NCBI GenBank assembly: GCA_036336835.1
Contig: JAYZFK010000072.1
Coordinates: forward strand, 1 to 13,880
Source of the DNA: Myxococcota bacterium
GTDB taxonomy: Bacteria; Myxococcota_A; UBA9160; UBA4427
Direction of reading: 5' to 3'
Length of the DNA: 13,880 nt
The translations under genes were made by a program, and so were the position numbers. Below are positions 7,649-13,880 of this stretch, piece after piece. Below the pieces are notes generated by a model. The model did no database searches, was not told where the DNA came from, and saw only the letters and a list, made by a program, of their open reading frames with translations. Each line of letters starts with the position of its first letter. Position 1 is the first letter of the stretch.

Positions 7649-8293
7649 GTGGCGCAGGCACTCGACTCCTCTCCCGCAAGCGACGGCCGCATCGAGACCG
7701 TCGAACAGCTCCGCGAGATCATCGGCACGCCGCTGGCGGGGCTCGGCGACAAGAACGTCGATCATCTCGACGAGTTTGCGCGTGCCTTCCTCGCGCGCTG
7801 TCCCTTCCTGGTGCTCTCCACCGCCGACGCCCGCGGACACCAGGACGCCTCGCCCAAGGGCGACGCGCCCGGGTTCGTGCTGGTGGAAGACGACCGGCAC
7901 CTGGTGATTCCCGACCGACCGGGCAACAAGCTGGCCTACGGGCTCGAGAACATCCTGGAGAATCCGCGGGTCGGGATCCTCTTCGTGATCCCGGGCACTG
8001 CCGAGACCTTCCGCGTGAACGGCACCGCCGAGCTCGTCTGCCAGCCCGAGCTGCTGCGGCGCCTCGAGGCGCGCGGCCGCCCGGCGGTGGTCGGCATCCG
8101 GGTCGCCGTCGAAGAGGCCTTCTTCCACTGTGCCAAGGCCTTCCTGCGCAGCAAGCTGTGGCAGCACGAGCAGTGGGGCGAGCGCCACAAGGTCTCGTTC
8201 GGCGAGATGTTCGCAAAAAAGCTGGGCGCCGGGGACGAGGCGGTCGTGGCCGTCGACGCCGCGATCGAGCGAGACTACGAGACCAATCTGTAG
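7649..8293 (+). CDS. Pyridoxamine 5'-phosphate oxidase-like FMN-binding protein (MSMEG_1061-type), 214 aa
   Basis: Motifs FLARCPFLVLST, DASPKGDAPGFV, IPDRPGNK..LENILENPRVGILF.IPG..ET.RVNG and EEAFFHCAKAFLRSKLW. Start moved from 7400 to the in-frame GTG at 7649, 6 nt after AAGGAG. Confidence 0.9.
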   Translation: MAQALDSSPASDGRIETVEQLREIIGTPLAGLGDKNVDHLDEFARAFLARCPFLVLSTADARGHQDASPKGDAPGFVLVEDDRHLVIPDRPGNKLAYGLENILENPRVGILFVIPGTAETFRVNGTAELVCQPELLRRLEARGRPAVVGIRVAVEEAFFHCAKAFLRSKLWQHEQWGERHKVSFGEMFAKKLGAGDEAVVAVDAAIERDYETNL

Positions 8294-8305
8294 CGGGCAT
8301 TCCCC

Positions 8306-10078
8306 TCAGCCGGCCGACGGCTCGGGGCGCTTGGTGAACACGAAGTGCTCTGCGATGTCTGCCTGCACGCGCTTCGTGTGCGCGACGTACTTCGGGTACG
8401 ACCCGTTGTAGTTGCCATCCTGGCGCCGCTGGTGCTCGCCCTCGAAGTTGTAGTAGCCCGGCGTGCAGTCCGCGGCGCGCGTGGTCTTGCCGCGGTTCGC
8501 GATCACCTCCTGCACCCAGCGTTCCTCGGCTTCATGGCTGACGTCGATCGAGTGATGGCCGTGTCGGCGCGTGTAGTCGATGCACGCCGCGATGTGATCG
8601 CCCTGCGTCTGCAGGACGTCGGTCAGGTTGAACAGGAACGTCGCCTGGTAGCCGCCCATGATGAAGAGATTGGGGTAGCCGTGGGAGTGGATTCCCAGCA
8701 GCGTGCGGATGCCGTCGCGGTACTTCTCGTTCAGCTCGACACCGTTTCGGCCGCGTATCTGGTTGTAGATGCCCGTCTTCTGCACTTCGAATCCGGTGGC
8801 GTAGACCAGCAGGTCGAGCGGATACACGTTGTCGTCGAAGACCGGTCCGGCCGGGGTGATCTCGCTGATGCCCTCGCCCCGCGTGTCGATCAGCTGGACG
8901 TTCGGCCGGTTGAAGCTGGGCAGGTAGTCGTTGTCGAAGCACGGCCGCTTGCACATCAGCATGTACCAGGGCTTGAGGGCCGTGGCCGTCGCCGGATCCT
9001 CCACCACCTCGTCGATCTGCGCGTGGATCCGCATCATGGCGTCGATGTTGGCGTTCTCCTGCCTGCGGATCTTCTCCTCACGCGGCAGCGCGGCTCGCTT
9101 CGCCTTCTGCTCCGGGCTCGGCTCGCGCTCGGCCAGCGCGCGCGCCTTGCGCGCGGCCTGCCAGCCCGGCTCGAGCTGCCGGGCCCATTCGGGATCGGTG
9201 AGCCAATCGTTCTTCAGGCTGATCGATGAGGGCGTGCGCTGGAAGACATACAGCTGCTTCGCGGCCGCGCCCAGGCGGGGGATGGCCTGGACGGCCGATG
9301 CCCCCGTCCCGATGATGCCGACCACCTTGTCGGCGAGACCCGAGAGATCGGGCTCGGTGTAGGCGTAGTCCCAGCGCGAGGTGTGGAAGGAGTGTCCCGC
9401 GAACGACTCCATGCCGCGGATCTTCGACAGCTTCGGCTTGGAGAGCGTGCCGTTCGCACAGATCACGAATCGCGCGCGCATCCGATCGCCTCGGTCGGTG
9501 GCGATGTTCCACATCTCGTCGTCTTCGTCCCATACGGTCGAGGTGACCGTGGTCTGGAACACGGCGAGCTCATACAGCTCGTACTTCCTGGCGATCGCCT
9601 GGCAGTGGGCGTAGATCTCGGGTCCCTTGGCGAAGTGCCGCGTCGGGACGTAGTCCATCTCGTCGAGCAGTGGCAGGTAGTCGTACGCCTCGACATCGCA
9701 GGCAACGCCCGGGTAGCGGTTCCAGTACCAGGTGCCGCCGACGTCGGCGCCGCGTTCCACGATCCGGATGCTCTCGACGCCGACCTGGCGAAGGCGTGCC
9801 GAGGTCAGCAGCGCCGAGAAGCCTCCGCCGATGAACAAGCACTCGACGCTGTCGTTCAGCGGTGCGCGGGGAGCGCGCTCCGTTGCGTTGGGATCGATCG
9901 AGTACTTCTCCAGCGCGCCGCTGAAGTCCGAGGTGAACTGCGCGGTGCCGTCCGGCCGACAGGCCAGTCGGACCGCGCGTTCCCGGGCGAATTTCTGCTT
10001 GATGCGGTCGTAGTACGACTGTGGCTTGCGCTGCTCGCGCTCGATGTCGAACGCGAGGGGATTCTCCGGCTCGGCCAT
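8306..10078 (-). CDS. Type I Baeyer-Villiger monooxygenase (FAD/NADPH flavoprotein), 590 aa
   Basis: First Rossmann motif IGGGFSA, fingerprint GGTWYWNRYPG, BVMO motif FAGHSFHTSRW (FxGxxxHxxxW), second Rossmann motif IGTGASA, plus FQRTPS, CKRPCF, YATGF and CTPGYYN. N-terminal extension similar to the cyclododecanone/pentalenolactone-type clade. Confidence 0.93.
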   Translation of the reverse strand: MAEPENPLAFDIEREQRKPQSYYDRIKQKFARERAVRLACRPDGTAQFTSDFSGALEKYSIDPNATERAPRAPLNDSVECLFIGGGFSALLTSARLRQVGVESIRIVERGADVGGTWYWNRYPGVACDVEAYDYLPLLDEMDYVPTRHFAKGPEIYAHCQAIARKYELYELAVFQTTVTSTVWDEDDEMWNIATDRGDRMRARFVICANGTLSKPKLSKIRGMESFAGHSFHTSRWDYAYTEPDLSGLADKVVGIIGTGASAVQAIPRLGAAAKQLYVFQRTPSSISLKNDWLTDPEWARQLEPGWQAARKARALAEREPSPEQKAKRAALPREEKIRRQENANIDAMMRIHAQIDEVVEDPATATALKPWYMLMCKRPCFDNDYLPSFNRPNVQLIDTRGEGISEITPAGPVFDDNVYPLDLLVYATGFEVQKTGIYNQIRGRNGVELNEKYRDGIRTLLGIHSHGYPNLFIMGGYQATFLFNLTDVLQTQGDHIAACIDYTRRHGHHSIDVSHEAEERWVQEVIANRGKTTRAADCTPGYYNFEGEHQRRQDGNYNGSYPKYVAHTKRVQADIAEHFVFTKRPEPSAG

Positions 10079-10119
10079 GGATCAAATCCCCGCGGTGGTG
10101 CGCTCCTGCGCGAGCAATC

Positions 10120-10638
10120 TCAGCTCTGGGTGATCGCGGCCACCACCTGGTCGAACACGGAGTCCGCGATCTCGACCATTTCGGGGTCGCTCCGGTCCTG
10201 GATCGGGTGCGAGGTGTAGACGGCGGCGGGGTCGTAGCCCAGCGCCTTCGCCTGGGCCTCGGCGCCACTGGTGAACTCCACCGTTGCGCAGAAGACGGCG
10301 GGGATGCCGCGCTGCTCGAGGTCGACCGTGTCGTGCACACTGCACGACGTGCAGCTGCCTCAATCGGCCAGGGCCTCGATCACGGCGTCGCACTCGACCG
10401 CGATCTGCTGGCGCAGATCGACGGGCGCGGGCTTGGTGAAGGTGGGCTTGGCATAACGTGTGGTGCGGGCGCCGGCCTCGCGCAGCCGCTGCTCCAGGCG
10501 GTCGAGGAACCGATCGCCGCGCGCCTTGCTGATGTCGAGTAGCCCGATGGTGGCGCCCTCGAGCTTTGCCAGGCGCGCCAGGCGCTGGCGGATCGCCGGG
10601 GCGCTCTCGCTGGTGGGATCGAGCAGGGTTCGGGTCAT
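10120..10638 (-). CDS. UGSC-family selenoprotein, 172 aa, with selenocysteine at codon 93 (TGA 10362-10360)
   Basis: ATG at 10638 (MTRTLLDPTSE...ECDAVIEALAD), then TGA, then in-frame GGC AGC TGC ACG TCG TGC AGT GTG CAC GAC (GSCTSCSVHD). This runs directly into the 72-aa ORF 10338..10120. The motif is UGSCxxC, a SECIS-like hairpin follows, and the start overlaps the upstream stop (ATGA). Confidence 0.92.
10330..10348 (-). promoter_or_regulatory. Putative bacterial SECIS element
   Basis: mRNA GUCGUGCA-GUG-UGCACGAC forms a perfect 8-bp stem from +12 to +30 after the UGA. The apical loop begins with GU, 19 nt after the UGA. Confidence 0.75.
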
Positions 10639-12080
10639 GGCTGGATCTCCCGCATCACGGTCTGGCTGCCGCCTTCGCCCGACAACCAGCCGGCGATGAT
10701 GGCAGAGAACAGGCCCGCGCCGCCGCCCACGTGCACGAGCCGGATGCCGTCGGGCCGAAACTTCGGGATCGACTTGCCGCGCACGAACTCCGGCAGGCCC
10801 TCGGCGATGCCGTCGGCGCCGCGCACCAGCTCGTCGCCCGGCAGCTGCAGCAGCTCGAACAGCCGCTCGAGCAGCTCGCGCTTGCTCCAGCCCGCCTCGC
10901 GGAAGACGCGCGAGTGCTCGGGGCTTACCGCGAGGATCGCCTCCATGGCGCCGCCGCCCATCTTCGGGTGGTACATCGCGCGCAGGTTGACGGCGAAGCT
11001 GCGCGCCAGCGACTCGGGCTCGCGCGAGAGCTGGTCGACCAGCGTGCGCGGGCCCTCGCCGGGGAAGAGCACCAGGGCATCGCTGCCGGGCTCCGCCCCG
11101 AAGTCGCAGGCCAGCGGCTCCCAGGGCGAGCCTTCCTCGTCCTCGGCGAAGCAGAAGCCGAGCTTGCCCGGGTTGCCGAGCGTCGCGCGGTCGATCTCGC
11201 CGGGCCGCCCGCCGCCGACGTTGCGGATCACCAGCTGGAGCGCGCGGCCGATCGTCGCGTTCGCGCGGTTGCCCTGGCCGAAGGCGTTGATGCCGGCGTT
11301 CATGCCGAGCCGCTTGCGGATCGGCCCGTTCACGATGACGATCGGCCCGACCGACATGGTGGTCGCCAGCAGACCGTGGATGTTGAAGGCGTCGGTGCAG
11401 GCCGCCTCGACCGCCGTCAGCACGACGCGCAACGCCTCGGGCTTGCAGCCGGCCATCACGGCGTTGATCGCGACCTTCTCGACGGTGCACGGCGCCAGGT
11501 CCGGTGGCACGACCGCCACCAGCTCGTCGGGGGCGCGCGGGGTGCCCTCGAGCATCGCCAGCACGCGCCGCTCGGTGGGCGGCACCAGCGGCAGCCCGTC
11601 CGACCAGCCGCGTGCGAACATGGCCTCGAACTCGTCCTCGTCGCTCGCCAGCTCGACGCGACGCGCGCGCAGGCTCGATGCGCCGAAGCGCACGCGCAGC
11701 GCGTCGACGCGCGAGGGATCGACTGAAAGTGAGCCGCAGCCTGGCCGCTGGTCGGGAAGCTCGGCGCCCAGTCCGCCGACGCCGCTGAGCGCTTCCCACT
11801 CGCCGCGATGCCAGCCGAGCACGCGCTCCTTCTCGACGCCGTTCTCGACGCGCAGCAGCGTGGGGACGGCCTCGATCTCGTGGTGCCACGAGACGGCGAG
11901 TTCGCGGTCGTCGAGCGCGGGCGGGGCGGCGGGGAAGCTCGGGTCGTCCTGGCAGTAGACGGTGACGCCGGCGCGGCTCGCCAGCTGCGCGAGCACCGGC
12001 TCGACCAGCTCACAGGTCGGGCAGTCGCGTTTCACGAACGCGACCAGACCCTCCGGCAGCGGCTGCACGTCTCGGCTCAC
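10635..12080 (-). CDS. Thioredoxin-like (CPTC) domain fused to an uncharacterised C-terminal domain; partner of the UGSC selenoprotein, 481 aa
   Basis: N-terminal LVAFVKRDCPTC ... IEAVPTLLRVENG..ERVLG fits a thioredoxin fold with the cis-Pro motif. Linker PGCGS. The C-terminal domain has GWSDGLPLVPPT, TVEKVAINAVMAGC.PE, GNRANATIGRALQL and HVGG.AG.FS. Confidence 0.82.
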   Translation of the reverse strand: MSRDVQPLPEGLVAFVKRDCPTCELVEPVLAQLASRAGVTVYCQDDPSFPAAPPALDDRELAVSWHHEIEAVPTLLRVENGVEKERVLGWHRGEWEALSGVGGLGAELPDQRPGCGSLSVDPSRVDALRVRFGASSLRARRVELASDEDEFEAMFARGWSDGLPLVPPTERRVLAMLEGTPRAPDELVAVVPPDLAPCTVEKVAINAVMAGCKPEALRVVLTAVEAACTDAFNIHGLLATTMSVGPIVIVNGPIRKRLGMNAGINAFGQGNRANATIGRALQLVIRNVGGGRPGEIDRATLGNPGKLGFCFAEDEEGSPWEPLACDFGAEPGSDALVLFPGEGPRTLVDQLSREPESLARSFAVNLRAMYHPKMGGGAMEAILAVSPEHSRVFREAGWSKRELLERLFELLQLPGDELVRGADGIAEGLPEFVRGKSIPKFRPDGIRLVHVGGGAGLFSAIIAGWLSGEGGSQTVMREIQP

Positions 12081-12086
12081 GCGCCC

Positions 12087-12092
12087 ATCCTA
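12087..12092 (-). promoter_or_regulatory. Putative -10 (TAGGAT) of a leaderless promoter for the thioredoxin-fusion gene
   Basis: The minus strand reads TAGGAT-gggcgc-GTG, a TAnnnT hexamer 6 nt before the start codon. No strong Shine-Dalgarno is present (only a GGA inside the hexamer). Confidence 0.5.
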
Positions 12093-12125
12093 CGACTTCT
12101 GTAGCCGGCCGGGGAGCGCGGCGGG

Positions 12126-13880
12126 CTAGGGCAGCGCGTAGGCGACCACCGAGTCGCCGGGCGTGGTCTCGAGCAGGCCGTGGCCGCCGGCGGCGATCAC
12201 CACGTACTGCTTCGAGCTCGGCCGCAGGCGGTAGCTCATCGGCGTGGCCTGTCCGCCCGCCGGCAGCCGCGCCTGCCAGAGCTTCTCGCCGGTCTCGGTC
12301 GAGAAGGCGCGGATGAAGTCGTCCGTGGTCGCCGCGATAAAGGTCAGGCCGCTCGCAGTGGTGATCGAGCCGCCCTGGTTCGGGACGCCGATCTCGAGCC
12401 ACAGCGGCCAGGGCGCCATGTCGCGCGTGCTGCCGAGCGGCACCTCCCAGCGTTGCTCGCCTGTGGCGATGTCGATGGCGGTGAGCACGCCCCACGGCGG
12501 CTCGTTGCAGGGCGCGCCGAACATCGAGGCGAGGAAGTCGCGCGTGACCACGTAGGGCGTGCCGAACGAGGGCTCGTAGCTCCAGTCGGGCTCGAGCTCG
12601 CCCGCGGCCTCCATGCGGTCGTACTCCTCGCGCGGGATGCTCTGCACCCAGGTGGCGACGCGCATCGAGTTGGCGATCAGGATGCCGCGCACCGGGTCGA
12701 TCGACAGGCTTCCCCAGTTCGAGCCGCCCACCATGCCGGGAAAGTGGATCGAGCCCTCGGTCGACGGCGGCGTGAAGAGTCCCTCCGAGCGCATCGCCTC
12801 GATCTGGCGGCGGCAGCTCGCGCGGTCGAGGAAGCTGAAGCCGAACGCGTCGTCCGGCGTGAAGCGGGTGGGATGGATCGGCGCGGGCCGGGTCGGGAAG
12901 GGCTGGGTCGGCGACAGGGTCTCGCCCGGCAGCGCGCCCTGGGGCACCGGGCGCTCCTCGACGGGCCAGATCGGCTCGCCCGTCTCGCGGTTCAGGAAGA
13001 AGATGTGGCCGAGCTTGGTGGCCTGCGCGAGCGCCTTGACCGGGCCCTGCGGGCCCGGCCAGTCGAACAGCGCCGGCTGCGAGGGCACGTCGTAGTCCCA
13101 GATGTCGTGGTGCACCGTCTGGAAGTGCCAGCGCACCTCGCCGGTCGCCGCGTCGAGCGCGACGATCGAGCTCGAGTAGTAGTCCGAGCCGTCGCGGTGG
13201 CCGCCGTAGTAGTCGGGCGAGGTGTTGCCCGTGGGGACGTAGACGAGCCCGAGCTCGGGGTCCGCCGCGAGGATCGACCACGCGTTGGTCGTGCCGCGCG
13301 CGTAGGTCGGGTTGCCGTCTTCGTCCAGTGTCGGCTCGGTGCCCGGAGGCACCGGGTCCCAGCCCCAGAGCTTCTCGCCGGTGCGGACGTCATAGGCCCG
13401 CACCACCCCACCGGGGGAGTCCGTACGGATGTTGTCGAGCACGAGCGTTCCCGTGACGAGACGGTCGCCGATGATCACCGGCGGCGAGGTCACGCCGTAC
13501 TCGCCGGGATAGGTCCCGCCCACGCCCTCCGTCAGGTCGATCGAGCCGTCTTTGCCGAAGTCGGTGCACGGTTTGCCGGTCTCGGCGTCGAGGGCGAACA
13601 GCCGTGCGTCGAGTGTTCCCATGAACAGCCGGCTCTGGCAGGCGCGGCCGGGGGTCGGGTTCGGTTCGTGCCAGTGGGAGACCCCGCGGCAGGTCATGAT
13701 GTAGATGCCGTCGGCGACGAGCTCGGCGTCGAAGCGCCACTTCTCCTGCCCCGTCTCGGGGTCGAGCGCGAACACCTTGTTGCGCGGTGAACAGACATAG
13801 AGCGTGCCGTCGACCAGAGTGGGCGTGTTCTGGAACGAGGTGGGCAGGTTGCCTTCGGTCGAGACGTCGCCGGTGTGGAA
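12126..13880 (-). CDS. PQQ-dependent dehydrogenase, glucose/quinate/shikimate family (5'-truncated by the window edge)
   Basis: The frame is open to the window end (FHTGDVSTEGNLPTSFQNTPTLVDGTLYVCSPRNKVFALD...). Motifs TCRGV, YGVTSPP, GVVRAYD..TG..LW, WHFQTVHHDIWDYDVPSQP, GGSNWG and YVVIAAGGH; tryptophan-docking beta-propeller repeats. Stop TAG at 12128-12126. Confidence 0.92.
   Translation of the reverse strand, partial: FHTGDVSTEGNLPTSFQNTPTLVDGTLYVCSPRNKVFALDPETGQEKWRFDAELVADGIYIMTCRGVSHWHEPNPTPGRACQSRLFMGTLDARLFALDAETGKPCTDFGKDGSIDLTEGVGGTYPGEYGVTSPPVIIGDRLVTGTLVLDNIRTDSPGGVVRAYDVRTGEKLWGWDPVPPGTEPTLDEDGNPTYARGTTNAWSILAADPELGLVYVPTGNTSPDYYGGHRDGSDYYSSSIVALDAATGEVRWHFQTVHHDIWDYDVPSQPALFDWPGPQGPVKALAQATKLGHIFFLNRETGEPIWPVEERPVPQGALPGETLSPTQPFPTRPAPIHPTRFTPDDAFGFSFLDRASCRRQIEAMRSEGLFTPPSTEGSIHFPGMVGGSNWGSLSIDPVRGILIANSMRVATWVQSIPREEYDRMEAAGELEPDWSYEPSFGTPYVVTRDFLASMFGAPCNEPPWGVLTAIDIATGEQRWEVPLGSTRDMAPWPLWLEIGVPNQGGSITTASGLTFIAATTDDFIRAFSTETGEKLWQARLPAGGQATPMSYRLRPSSKQYVVIAAGGHGLLETTPGDSVVAYALP

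Noticed and set aside
8294..8305. Bidirectional terminator between the convergent PPOX and BVMO genes
   Set aside because: The gap is only 12 nt, with no convincing stem or U-tract.
10079..10122. Second Sec readthrough at the terminal TGA (TGA GAT TGC) fusing the selenoprotein to the BVMO
   Set aside because: Only a weak 4-5 bp stem follows, the continuation is out of frame with the BVMO ATG, and the extension does not look protein-like.
10120..10338. 72-aa stand-alone ORF, or a pseudogene with a nonsense mutation
   Set aside because: It is in frame with the upstream 92 codons across a single TGA in a UxxCxxC motif with a SECIS-like hairpin, and has no RBS of its own. Sec readthrough explains it better.
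10360..11889. 509-aa ORF from the track
   Set aside because: Its first ~417 codons are an Arg/Ala-rich shadow frame over the thioredoxin-fusion gene. Only the last 92 codons, from the ATG at 10638, are real and form the selenoprotein N-terminus.
552..13790. Long antisense or alternate-frame ORFs (552..2039, 2513..4141, 2689..5004, 5191..7344, 10566..11726, 10696..11958, 12010..13281, 12180..13790)
   Set aside because: These are expected shadows in GC-rich DNA with few stop codons. They have biased composition, no recognisable motifs, and overlap well-supported genes.

Overview
High-GC (about 70% by eye) bacterial DNA that is almost entirely protein-coding, with no rRNA, tRNA, CRISPR array or mobile element visible. 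On the + strand there is a 5'-truncated MFS transporter, an LLM-class flavin monooxygenase, a VOC-family protein and a GT-C/arabinofuranosyltransferase-like membrane protein. These converge on a minus-strand pair: a polytopic spermidine-synthase-like SAM-binding membrane protein and an FkbM-family methyltransferase with a lipoprotein-type signal. A 265-bp divergent intergenic region carries an 11-bp-period direct-repeat array and precedes a PPOX-class FMN-binding gene. The right half is a minus-strand run: PQQ-dependent dehydrogenase (partial), CxxC-thioredoxin fusion protein, a hidden selenoprotein, and a Baeyer-Villiger monooxygenase. The main result is the selenoprotein, which the ORF track splits in two. 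It runs 10638..10120 (172 aa) through an in-frame TGA at codon 93 in the motif U-G-S-C-T-S-C. A perfect 8-bp SECIS-like hairpin follows the TGA, and the gene is coupled to the thioredoxin-fusion gene by an ATGA overlap. The Sec motif and the downstream ExxGIP segment match the spacing of the glycine-reductase GrdB active site as I recall it, suggesting a compact selenium-dependent reductase of unknown substrate among oxygenase genes. No searches were run; family calls come from motif recognition.
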